Assembly (NCBI RefSeq): GCF_044704955.1
Contig: NC_091994.1
Location: 33,480,001 to 33,544,000, forward strand
Reading direction: 5' to 3'
DNA length: 64,000 bases
Source of the DNA: Pristiophorus japonicus
Taxonomy: Eukaryota
The first letter of the stretch is position 1. Each line of letters begins with the position of its first letter. The notes under the pieces are model-generated. The model searched no databases, had not been told where the DNA came from, and saw only the letters and a program-made list of their open reading frames with translations. Both the position numbers and the translations under genes were made by a program. This document shows positions 26,118 through 37,345 of this stretch, in pieces.

Positions 26118-27327
26118 ATTATATTATTTTGAGATGACATTACATGACCGCAACTTACCATGCTGTGGTAAGAGATCAGTACCATGGCTAAAACAGCACT
26201 GCTCCAAGTCACTTATCTCCAGCACCTTTGGTAAGCCTCCTCCCGTGCGCCGCCGCTCGGAGGCGTTGGTTGACAATTTCTTCTGCCAAAATTAAAATAG
26301 CAATCTTTAACCGATTTGTACATGCGACACACACACACACACATCAAAACACTAGTCCTTAGTTTTATATCCCATTAATCCCATTTAGATTTACATTGTA
26401 AGTAGTAAGGGAGTGCATCAATAAAATCATTACTTACTCTGGCTGCGCCTACGATGTCATTCCACCTTTTGTGACATTGGTCTCCATCCCTCACGATTGT
26501 CCCCACTGTGGACATGGCCTCCTCAATTGCCTTCCAGATGTGCTGGTACTGGGCCGGGGGTGGCTTCCCACGACCATCCCATGTAAGGTCCCAATACCTT
26601 GCCTCGACCGCAGAGACAAGTGAGTCCAGCTCCTCCTCCGTAAACCATGGTGCTCTCACCCTCTGCCCATCTTTGACTTTTCTCAGGGTCTTCTTCTCAC
26701 TCATGATTTTATTTAAGATTGTGAATAAATCTTTATTATTAATTTTTTTTCTGACTTTTCCTGCTTTGTCTGTTCTATAGTACTTTCTGTTATCTCGCTC
26801 TCTAATCTGCTCGCTGTTTTCTCTGACTTCGAAGTCGGTGTCCCTCCCAAGCTGTTCCCCGCATGCACAGCCGACCCCCATTCGCGCCAAAAACAATGTG
26901 AACGTCAAAAGAAAATTACGCATGCATATTAAAAAAAAACAATCGCGCATGTGGCCATCCCGCATCCTCTCCCCTCCGCCCCCTCAAGTTCCCCCAAGCT
27001 CACCCCCACCGGGCCCAACAACGCACTCTGGGTCTCTTCAGCCAGCCGGCCCGGACCAACGGCGCACTCCAGGTCCCTTTGGCCAGCTGGCCCGGCCCAT
27101 CGACGACCATGTGCAGCATCAGCCAGACTAGCAAATGGCATCAACAGAAAAAACATTTATTGCGCATTCGAAGACCTCGGCCTCCGAACTTTGTCGTGTC
27201 TACTGGCCTCCACCGCCCGCCAACGCCCGTTAAAACCGCTCCCACTCGCTACATCACCATGAAATTTGTGCTGGAGGATCTCAGCAGCAGCTGGCTGTAA
27301 AAAATGAAAGACTGCCCAAATACCGCC

Positions 27328-27840
27328 GAGGCAGTTCAAAGAATGCTAACAAGGTTGATTCCAGAGATGAGGGGGTTGACTTATGAGGAAAGCTTGAGTA
27401 GGTTGGGCCTCCAATCATTGGAATTCAGAAGAATGAGAGGTGATCTTATCGAAATGTATACGATTATGAGGCGGCTTGACAAGGTGGATGCAAAGAGGAT
27501 GTTTCCACTGATAGGATAGACTAGAACTAGAGGGCATAATCTTACAATAACGGGCCGCCCATTTAAAACTGAGATGAGGAGAAATTTCTTCGCTCAGAGG
27601 GTTGTGGATCTGTGGAATTTTCTGCCTCAGAGAGCTGTGGAAGCTGGGACATTGAATAAATTTAAGTCAGAAATAGACAGTTTCTTAAATGATAAGGGAA
27701 TAAGGGGTTATGGAGATTGGGCAGGGAAGTGGACTTGAGTCCATGATCGGATCAGCCATGATCGTACTGAATGGCGGAGCAGGCTTGAGGGACCGTATGG
27801 CCTACTCCTGGTCCAATTTCTTATGTTCTTACATTCTTAT
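27328..27840 (+). mobile_element. CR1 3' fragment nested in the Harbinger
   Basis: EAVQR..TRLIPEMRGLTYEE...EFRRMRGDLIE plus CR1 3' UTR. Confidence 0.88.
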
Positions 27841-28607
27841 CATCAATTTCGGGCCCATTATCTTTAAGGTAGATCTGAGTAATTGGGCTACACCCATTGT
27901 TGTTGTACCTAAGTCAGATGGTAAGGTAATTGTAAAGTAACCGTAAAACAGGTTCTAGAGGGTAATCTACCCAATACATTGCCAAATGTAGAAGATTTGT
28001 TCACAATGCTGACAGGTGGCCAGATCTTCTCGGTTAGATTTGACAAATGCCTATTTACAACTTGAGCTAGATGAGGAGTCCAAGTCATACTTGAGTATAA
28101 ATACTCATCTAGGCCTATATTAGTTTAATAGGCTGCCATTTGCAGTGTCTGCTGCCCCCCGCCATATTCCAAGGGGTGATGAACCAGATTTTGTAAGGCC
28201 TTCAATGGGTAATATGTTATTTAGATGACATGCTCATTTCAGCAGCAAGCAGGCAAATCCATGATAATGTATTGAATGGTTGGAGAAGCACAGAGTATGA
28301 GTGACTGCTCCCAAGTGTGGGTTATTTCAAAACTCAGTGGAATACTTAGGGCACAGAGTAGGCAAAGATGGTTTACATCCAACCAAGGGAAAGTTGGATG
28401 CAATCAGAAATGCACCCACTCCCAAGAATGTCACTGAACTTCAATTATTTTAGTTTCTTTTGAATTATTATGGGAAGTTCCTACCAAATTTGTCTACAGT
28501 GTTACATCCACTGAATGAGCTGTTGAAAAAACAGGTCCATTGGAAGTGGTCAGAAGAATGCGATGCAGCATTCAAGAAATGTGAAAGCCAGTTGGTAGAG
28601 AGTACCA

Positions 28608-29296
28608 TGTAAGAAAAATGCAGGGAACAGTACCAACCCTTGCACATGGCCTTGTTTGACCTTGCAAAGGCCTTTTGGCACTGTCAACCGCGAGGGTCAA
28701 TGGAGCGTCCACCTCCGTTTCGGCTGGCCCCAAAAGTTCGTCACCATCCTCTGCCTGCTCTACGACAACATGCAAGCCATGATCCTTACCAACAGATCCA
28801 TTACAGACCCAATCCACGTCTGGACCAGTGTCAAACAGGGCTGCGTCATCGCGCCAACCCTCTTCTCAATCTTCCTTGCTGCCATGCTCCACCTCACACT
28901 CAACAAGCTCCCCACTGGAGTGGAACTAAACTACAGAACCAGTGGGAACCTGTTCAATCTTCGTTGTCTCCAGGCCAGATCCAAGACCACCCCAACCTCT
29001 GTCGTCGAGCTACAGTACACGGATGATGCCTGCGTCTGCGCACATACAGAGGCTGAACTCCAAATCATAGTCAACATCTTCACTGAGGCGTACAAAAGCA
29101 TGGGCCTTACACTAAACATCCGTAAGACAAAGGTCCTCCAACAACCTGTCCCCGCTGCACAGCACTGCTCCCCCAGACACCAAGATCCACGACGCGGCCC
29201 TGGACAACGTGGACCATTTCCCATATCTCGGGAGCCTCTTATCAACAAGGGCAGACATTGACAATGAGATTGAACACCGCCTCCAGTATGCCAGTA
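28608..29296 (+). mobile_element. RTE LINE RT fragment
   Basis: TVNREG.W...VKQGCVIAPTLFSIFL...QYTDD; similar to 9420-10040 and 57620-58270. Confidence 0.88.
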
Positions 29297-32200
29297 TGTA
29301 ATTACTTATCTGGATGAGGTCCTACAAAACGAATTTAAGGAGCTAGGAGTTAAATTAAAAAGTAGGACCTCAAAAGTGGTAATCTCGGGATTGCTACCAG
29401 TGCCATGTGCTAGTCAGAGTAGGAATCGCAGGATAGCGCAGATGAATACGTGGCTTGAGCAGTGGTGCAGCAGGGAGGGATTCAAATTCCTAGGGCATTG
29501 GAACCGGTTCTGGGGGAGGTGGGACCAGGACAAACCGGACGGTCTGCACCTGGGCAGGACCGGAACCAATGTCCTAGGGGGAGTGTTTGCGAGTGCTGTT
29601 GAGGAGGAGTTAAACTAAAATGGCAGGGGGATGGGAACCAATGCAGGGAGACAGAGGGAAACAAAAAGGAGACAAAAGCAAAAGACAGAAAGGAGATGAG
29701 GAAAAGTGGAGGGCAGAGAAACCCAAGGCAAAGAACAAAAAGGGCCACTGTACAGCAAAATTCTAAAAGGACGAAGGGTGTTAAAAAACAAGCCTGAAGG
29801 CTTTCTGTCTTAATTCAAGGAGTATCCGTAATAAGGTGGATGAATTAACTGTGCAAATAGATGTTAACAAATATGATGTGATCGGGATTACGGAGACTTG
29901 GCTCCAGGATGATCAGGGCTGGGAACTCAACATCCAGGGGTATTCAACATTCAGGAAGGAAAGAATAAAAGGAAAAGGAGGTGGGGTAGCATTGCTAGTT
30001 AAAGAGGAGATTAATGCAATAGTTAGAATGGACATTAGCTTGGATGATGTGGAATCTATATGGGTAGAGCTGCAGAACACCAAAGGGCAAAAAACGTTAG
30101 TGGGAGTTGTGTACAGACCTCCAAACAGTAGTAGTGATGTTGGGGAGGGCATCAAACAGGAAATTAGGGGTGCATACAATAAAGGTGCAGCAGTTATAAT
30201 GGGTGACTTTAATGTGCATATAGATTGGGCTAACCAAACTGGAAGCAATACGGTGGAGGAGGATTTCCTGGAGTGCATAAGGGATAGTTTTCTAGACCAA
30301 TATGTCGAGGAACCAACTAGGGGGGAGGCCATCTTAGACTGGGTGTTGTGTAATGAGAGAGGATTAATTAGCAATCTCGTTGTGCGAGGCCCCTTGGGGA
30401 AGAGTGACCATAATATGGTGGAATTCTGCATTAGGATGGAGAATGAAACAGTTAATTCAGAGACCATGGTCCAGAACTTAAAGAAGGGTAACTTTGAAGG
30501 TATGAGGCGTGAATTGGCTAGGATAGATTGGCGAATGATACTTAAGGGGTTGACTGTGGATGGACAATGGCAGACATTTAGAGACCGCATGGATAAAATA
30601 CAACAATTGTACATTCCTGTCTGGCGTAAAAATAAAAAAGGGAAGGTGGCTCAACCGTGGCTATCAAGGGAAATCAGGGATAGTATTAAAGCCAAGGAAG
30701 TGGCATACAAATTGGCCAGAAATAGCAGCGAACCCGAGGATTGGGAGAAATTTAGAACTCAGCAGAGGAGGACAAAAGGTTTGATTAGGGCAGGGAAAAT
30801 GGAGTACGAGAAGAAGCTTGCAGGGAATATTAAGACGGATTGCAAAAGTTTCTATAGATATGTAAAGAGAAAAAGGTTAGTAAAGACAAATGTAGGTCCC
30901 CTGCAGTCAGAATCAGGGGAAGTCATAACGGGGAACAAAGAAATGGCAGACCAATTGAACAAGTACTTTGGTTCGGTATTCACTAAGGAGGACACAAACA
31001 ACCTTCCGGATATAAAAGGGGTCAGAGGGTCTAGTAAGGAGGATGAACTGAGGGAAATCCTTATTAGTCGGGAAATTGTGTTGGGGAAATTGATGGGATT
31101 GAAGGCCGATAAATCCCCAGGGCCTGATGGACTGCATCCCAGAGTACTTAAGGAGGTGGCCTTGGAAATAGCGGATGCATTGACAGTCATTTTCCAACAT
31201 TCCATTGACTCTGGATCAGTTCCTATGGAGTGGAGGGTAGCCAATGTAACCCCACTTTTTTTAAAAGGAGGGAGAGAGAAAACAGGGAATTATAGACCAG
31301 TCAGCCTGACATCGGTAGTGGGTAAAATGATGGAATCAATTATTAAGGATGTCATAGCAGCGCATTTGGAAAGAGGTGACTTGATAGTTCCAAGTCAGCA
31401 TGGATTTGTGAAAGGGAAATCATGCTTGACAAATCTTCTGGAATTTTTTGAGGATGTTTCCAGTAGAGTGGACAAGGGAGAACCAGTTGATGTGATATAT
31501 TTGGACTTTCAGAAGGCTTTCGATAAGGTCCCACACAAGAGATTAATGTGCAAAGTTAAAGCACATGGGATTGGGGGTAGTGTGCTGACATGGATTGAGA
31601 ACTGGTTGTCAGACAGGAAGCAAAGAGTGGGAGTAAATGGGTACTTTTCCGAATGGCAGGCAGTGACTAGTGGGGTACCGCAAGGTTCTGTGCTGGGGCC
31701 CCAGCTGTTTACACTGTACATTAATGATTTAGACGAGGGGATTAAATGTATCTCCAAATTTGCGGATGACACTAAGTTGGGTGGCAGTGTGAGCTGCGAG
31801 GAGGATGCTATGAAGCTGCAGAGTGACTTGGATAGGTTCGGTGAGTGGGCAAATGCATGGCAGATGAAGTATAATGTGGATAAATGTGAGGTTATCCATT
31901 TTGGTGGTAAAAACAGAGAGTCAGACTATTATCTGAATGGTGACAGATTAGGAAAAGGAGAGGTGCAACGATACCTGGGTGTCATAGTACATCAGTCATT
32001 GAAGGTTGGCATGCAGGTACAGCAGGCGGTTAAGAAAGCAAATGGCATGTTGGCCTTCATAGCGAGGGGATTTGAGTACAGGAGCAGGGAGGTGTTGCTA
32101 CAGTTGTACAGGGCCTTGGTGAGGCCACACCTGAAGTATTTCTTTTTTTTTTGGAAATTCGTAGCCAATCGTTCCAATTCTTTGTCAAATCACAAACGCC

Positions 32201-33052
32201 AGAGGTCACCTTGCACACGCCAAGGATCACTCTGCGCCAATGCTTTTAGCCAAAAGGCCTAGAGCCACTGCACCGTTCCTGGAAGTACTGCAATACCAGG
32301 TTCGTGCCATGGAGGTGGATGGGTCAGGTCCCCCACACACCTCCGTGGAGGTGGATGGGTCAAGCCACCCCACCCACCTCCTGTTTCCAAAAAAGCAAGC
32401 ATATACCTTCCCGATCCAGGGAGAACCACCCGGAGGTCATGGTGGCTACTCCCCTGTCAGGTCAGTTACGCATGATCTTAGCCAAAAGGCCGAGAAGCGA
32501 TATTATGTACAGGTTTGGTCTCCTAACTTGAGGAAGGACATTCTTGCTGTTGAGGGAGTGCAGCGAAGGTTCACCAGACTGATTCCCGGGATGGTGGGAC
32601 TGACCTATCGAGAAAGACTGGATCAACTGAGCTTGTATTCACTGGAGTTCAGAAGAATGAGAGGGGACCTCATAGAAACGTTTAAAATTCTGACGGGTTT
32701 AGACAGGTTGGATGCAGGAAGAATGTTCCCAATGTTGGGGAAGTCCAGAACCAGGGGTCACAGTCTAAGGATAAGGGGTAAGCCATTTAGGACCGAGATG
32801 AGGAGAAACTTCTTCACCCAGAGAGTGCTGAACCTGTGGAATTCTCTACCACAGAAAGTAGTTGAGGCCAATTCACTAAATATATTCAAAAGGGAGTTAG
32901 ATGAAGTCCTTACTACTCGGGGGATCAAGGGGTATGGCGAGAAAGCAGGAAGGGGGTACTGAATTTGCATGTTCAGCCATGAACTCATTGAATGGCGGTG
33001 CAGGCTAGAAGGGCCGAATGGCCTACTCCTGCACCTATTTTCTATGTTTCTA
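29297..33052 (+). mobile_element. Young CR1 LINE: ORF1 SGNH-esterase C-terminus and near-intact ORF2 (EN+RT), interrupted at 32141-32504
   Basis: ORF 29376-29618 (VISGLLP...DGLHL); ORF2 from 29836 with GITETWL, MGDFN, SDHN, FADD; continues to a stop at 32962; tail ctatgtttctatgttt. Confidence 0.93.
32141..32501 (-). mobile_element. snRNA-derived SINE (U2/U1 chimera, SINEU-like) with poly(A) tail
   Basis: Minus strand starts ATCGCTTCTCGGCCTTTTGGCTAAGATCA (U2 5' end), then U1-like ACTGACCTGACAGGGGAG..ACCATGA..GGTGGTTCTCCC, U2 3' part CCTGGTATTGCAGTACTTCCAGGAACGGTGCA, a unique tail and A10; short (T)ATT duplication. Confidence 0.85.
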
Positions 33053-34184
33053 TGTTTACTCCTCATACAACTACTGGTAGAACACCAGCAGAGTTGTTTT
33101 TCAAAAGACAGTCACAAACCAGGTTCTCATTGTTGAAACCGAACTTGGTACAGCCAGTAGAAGAGAAACAATTAAGACAGAAAGAGAATCATGATAGAGA
33201 TAGAGTAAGAGAGAGAAATGTGAAATTGAATCAGAAGGTTAGAGTGAAGAACCATCACCATAAATGGTGCATTGTACAAATCAGGTGTTCGCATCACAAA
33301 ATTCTGTGTGTGCTGATTTGTATGCAATGACATATGTAAATTAACTTGCAGCACCACTTATGCAAGAGTACTGTGTGCTCACATTAAAGGCCTCCTGGGA
33401 AATCGTGCAATGCAAGCGCAGACTGGAGAACTGGCTAAATGGCTCCCCATGCCCAAAACTGATTGGCAGCAACAATTCTGGGCAGATAATCTATCTACCA
33501 ACAACAACAACTTGTATTTATATAGCACCTTTAACGTAGTAAAACGTCCTAAGGCGCTTCACAGGAGTATTATAAGAAAAAAAAATTGACATCGAGCCAC
33601 ATAAGGAGAAATTAGGACAAGTGACCAAAAGCTTGGTCAAAGAGGTAGGTTTCAAGGAGCCCTTAAAGAGGAAAGGAATGTTAGAGTTGGGGCAGTGGAA
33701 GAGAAAATTATGGGGTTTTGAGGGGGGTGGGCGATATTTTCAGCTTTGAAGGGCAGAGAAACAGAGTCTGAGGGAGGAGCCTCTGTGAAAATTGGGCCAA
33801 GTACAGGTAGTTGTGTAGCCAGAAGTTGGGTGGATGAGGGTTGAGCAGATAGATAAGTCTCGTGCAGGTGCTGAACCTAAAGTGTGCAGGGGAAAGAGTT
33901 GGGGAGAAAATGTGCTGATTTAAAGAGTGATATGAGACATATCAAGAGCTGGAGGAGGTCAGGTGTAGGGAGGCCAAGACAATTGAATGGAAATTCTCCA
34001 TCTTCAGGGACTAACTAAATGGTGGTTGGTGATCCAGTGGAGGCCAGTTGGGGTTTGGAGCTGGTCAACTGGCAGTAGGCCAGGGTTCAGTTGGCTGTCA
34101 ATTGGGAAGCGGGTCTTCAACCTTCTGTGATATTCATAAGAATCCCCATGAAGCCTAATCTTAGAGAGGGGAACTTGCAAGGGA

Positions 34185-34812
34185 GTTTGCATCAGAGTTT
34201 CTTTGCTTGTTGAGGTTCGAGCTTCATTGTACTGGTGTGTGTGACCATCAGCAGCAGTTCAGGGCCACAAAAGGAGCGGCGAGCGGCGGCCATGGGCAGC
34301 ATGGCGGCGCACCACTTCAAGGTGTAGCACGAGCTGGTGCAGGAGAGCGACGGCAGCGAAGAGAGACGTCATCACGGTCCAGGTAGGTGATTGGAGCATG
34401 GACAGGTACAGCAGGAGCGGCGAGGTCGGGGCGAAGGAGCGGCGAGAGATTGTAGAGGGACGTGAGCGGGGCCCAGGAGAGACGTGAGTTCGGGGCCAGA
34501 AGAGGTGAAGGCCCAGATGCAGCACGGGCCAGCCCACACTGCGATATGTGTGCGCACTAGGTCCATGCAGCAGAGCAGGTCTCCAGTTGTCTTGGTTAAT
34601 CCTTGCCACTGGACCAAGACCTAGCTCTGTCAAGCCCGTGCGGTGGCTGGTGTGCAACGGCCACCACACGTTAAAAAAATTCAAGCACAGGCATCTTCCA
34701 CCCTTCAAGATGTAGTTCAGGATCTGGAATATTAGGTCCTTCATTGAACTCATCCCTTTTTGGTGTGGAAGCAAGTCATCCTCATTTTGAGGGACTGCCT
34801 ATGATGATGATG
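34185..34812 (+). mobile_element. Non-autonomous RTE-derived retroposon, copy 2
   Basis: Collinear with 14724-15330; ends gggactgcctatgatgatgatg. Confidence 0.78.
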
Positions 34813-35109
34813 TGTGTGCAAACAGAAATGTCCAGCATTGACAGACTTGATGCAATTCGAAGCTGTAGGTTTTCCTAAGGAGTCCTATTTTAACCAATAT
34901 TGTCTGTTCTGTTCAACACTGGAACTCTGCCTCCCTCTCGGACTTTAATGGGAGTTTTAAGTAAGAGAAAATAATACAACCTTGGAATAATTAATGCTGA
35001 GCACATTTGCATGTTCCATGTTAATTGCTGTCAACAAGTAATAAACAAGGGAAAACAGTGTTAACACAGGGTCAGTGTGGTAGCATGTATAAGAAATATT
35101 CTTATAAGG

Positions 35110-36220
35110 AAAGAAGTTGCAATTATATCTCAGCACATCACATCCTCAGGATATTACAAAGCACTTTCACAAACAATTAATTACTTTTTGAAGTGTAGTT
35201 AGGCAAACGTGGTACTCACTTTGCACACATTGAATGAACACTAACCAATTAATCTGTTTTAGTCGTGATTCATGGCATAATGTTGGCCAGGATACTGGGA
35301 AAATGTTTTGGGTTCCTTTATGTCCACCTTAGTTTAACGTCTCATTTGAAGGATGGCACCTCCAACAATGCAGCATTCCCTCAGTGCTCCACTAAAGCAT
35401 CAACTTAGATTATGCCTGTAGCGGGATTCCCATAAAAACAATAACTTGCATTTATATAGCGCCGTTAATGTAGCAAAATGTCCCCTGGTCCTTAGCCGAG
35501 GCATAATCAGACAAAAATGATCTCCAAGACAAGGAAGGAGATACTAGGAAGTGCATCTAAAAGCTTGGTCAAAGAAGTGGGTATTAAGGAAGGTCTTAAA
35601 AGAGGAGAGGGAGTTGGAGAAGCTGGGAGGTTTAGGAAAGGCATTCTAGTGCATGGGGCCTAGACAGCTGAAGGCACAGCCGTCAATGGTGGGGTGATGG
35701 GAATGGAGCATGTACAAGAGACCAGAGTTGAAGGAATGCAGAGTTCTCGGAGGGTTTCTAGGACTGGAGGCAGTTCAATGAAGGGCGAGTCCATGAAGCG
35801 ATTTGAAAACAAAGGTGGAAATTTTACATTGGAGGCAGTAGAGGACCAGGAATCAATGTAGATCAGCAAGGACAGGGGTGATAGGTGAGCAAGACAAGAT
35901 GAAGGACAGGTTATAAGCAGAAGAGTTTTGGATGAGCTAAAGTTTACGAAGGTTGGGAAGCCAGCCAGGAGAACACAGGAATAGTCGAGCCTGGAGGTGA
36001 CAAAGGCAACGATGAGGGTTTCATCAGAAGGTGGGCTAAGGCAGGAGTGGGGGTGAGCAATGTTATGGAAGTGGAAGTAGGCGGTCTTTATAATGGAGTG
36101 GATATGGAGTTGGCTTGGCTAGGGGTCAAATATGACATCAAAATTGCGAGACAATGTCCAGAGAGGGGGACGGAATCGGTGATGAGGGTACGGAATTGTG
36201 GTGGGTTCGAGGATGATATA
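35110..36220 (-). mobile_element. Deu-type SINE remnant (~35110-35415) and L2-like 3' fragment (~35440-36220)
   Basis: Reverse complements of SINE motifs (gtttaacgtctcatttgaaggatggcacctcc) and L2 3' motifs (aaaagcttggtcaaagaag, gcctagacagctgaaggcacagcc). Confidence 0.6.
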
Positions 36221-36249
36221 TCAGCAACGCAACTAAAACCGCGGCATAA

Positions 36250-37160
36250 CTAAAACCGCCTATTTGCACCTCCATAACTGTTACGTCTTTAATACTCTTT
36301 GAATGACTCCACGAGGTCTAGTATTGTACTTGAGCTGTTGTGACCTCAGTCCCATTTATTGTAACTCCAGAGTGAGGTACAAGCATGGTGGGCAGCTTTT
36401 TATACTGGGCCCTGCACACCTATGCAGGTGACCCTCAGGTCTCCCACCGCAGTGCCCTCTGGTGGCACACCTTATGTGACTATACAGTTAGTATACATGG
36501 TCTACATACATGATATTAACATTGCCTGCCTCTACCCCTGCCTCAGCTCTTCTGCTGCTGAAACCCTCATCCATGCCTTTGTTACCGCTAGACTTGACTA
36601 CTCCAATGCACTCCTGGCTGGGCTCCCACATTCAACACTACGTAAACTTGAGGTAATCCAAAACTCGGCAGCCTGTGTCCTAACTCGCACCAAGTCACGA
36701 TCACCCATCACCCCTGTGCTCGCTGACCTACATTGGCTTCAAGTTAAGCAACGCCTCGATTTCAAAATTCTCATCCTTGTTTACAAGTCCCTCAATGGCC
36801 ACGCCCCTCCCTATCTCTGTAATTTCTTTCAGCCTCACAACCCCACAAGATGTCTGCACTCCTCAAATTCTGCCCTCTTGAGTATCCCTGATTATCACTG
36901 CTCAACCATCGGTGGCCATGCCTTCAGCTGCTTGGGTCCGAAGCTCTGGAACTCCCTCCCTAAACCTCTCCACCTCTCTCTCCTCCTTTAAGATGCTCCT
37001 TAAAAGTTACCTCTTTAACCAAGCTTTTGGTCATCTTCCGTAATTTCTTCTTCTGTGGCTCGATGTCAAATGTATCTGTTTTGTCTTATATCACTACTGT
37101 GAAGCGCCTTGGGATGTTTTGCTATTTTAAAGGTGCTATATAAATAAAAGTTGTTGTTGT
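36250..37160 (+). mobile_element. L2-like LINE 3' fragment interrupted by a solo LTR
   Basis: AETLIHAFVTARLDYSNALLAGLP...LHWL.V..R.DFKIL...AFS..GPKLWNSLP; tail ggtgctatataaataaaagttgttgttg. Confidence 0.85.
36279..36515 (-). mobile_element. Solo LTR (~237 bp) related to the LTR at 1205-1415
   Basis: Starts tgttac; flanked by ataac/ttaac; shares gtgacc..agtc..tttattg..ctccagagtg and gccctctggtg with 1205-1415; L2 sequence resumes after it. Confidence 0.72.
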
Positions 37161-37345
37161 TGATGACTGCAGTTTTTCCACTGTTTAACTGGAGGAAATT
37201 ACGGCTCATCCTGAACTGGATATTGGACAAGCAGTCAGACAACACAGAGGCAGTGGAGGGGTCTATCGAAGTGGTGGGGAGGTAGAGTTGGGTGCCATCA
37301 GCATACATGTGAAAAGTGACCCCATGTCTGTGGATAATATTATCA
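37161..37345 (-). mobile_element. L2-like RT fragment
   Basis: ORF 37066-37473 HMYADGTQLYL...NFLQLNSGKT. Confidence 0.7.

Larger units (their letters stand above)
24374..27856 (-). mobile_element. PIF/Harbinger-type DNA transposon carrying a Myb/SANT gene fragment, inserted in Gypsy pol
   Basis: TIRs gggcctgaaatt / aatttcgggccc; ~3-bp target duplication; Gypsy pol reads ETED|IIFKV across it; ORF 26375-26965 FTEEELDSLV...IWKAI...QCHKRWND. Confidence 0.8.
23292..33270 (+). mobile_element. Fragmented Gypsy LTR retrotransposon hosting several later insertions
   Basis: 5' LTR 23292-23873 (TG..CA), PBS 23875-23893, gag start 24064, pol start 24219-24372, RT 27857-28607 (NWATPIVVVPK, YLDD ~28217), integrase C-terminus 33052-33270 (TPHTTTGRTPAELF); no 3' LTR recognised. 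Confidence 0.82.

Noticed and set aside
32269-32501. Functional U2 or U1 snRNA gene
   Set aside because: Chimeric, lacks the branch-point recognition region, has a poly(A) tail and sits inside a LINE ORF with no snRNA promoter context
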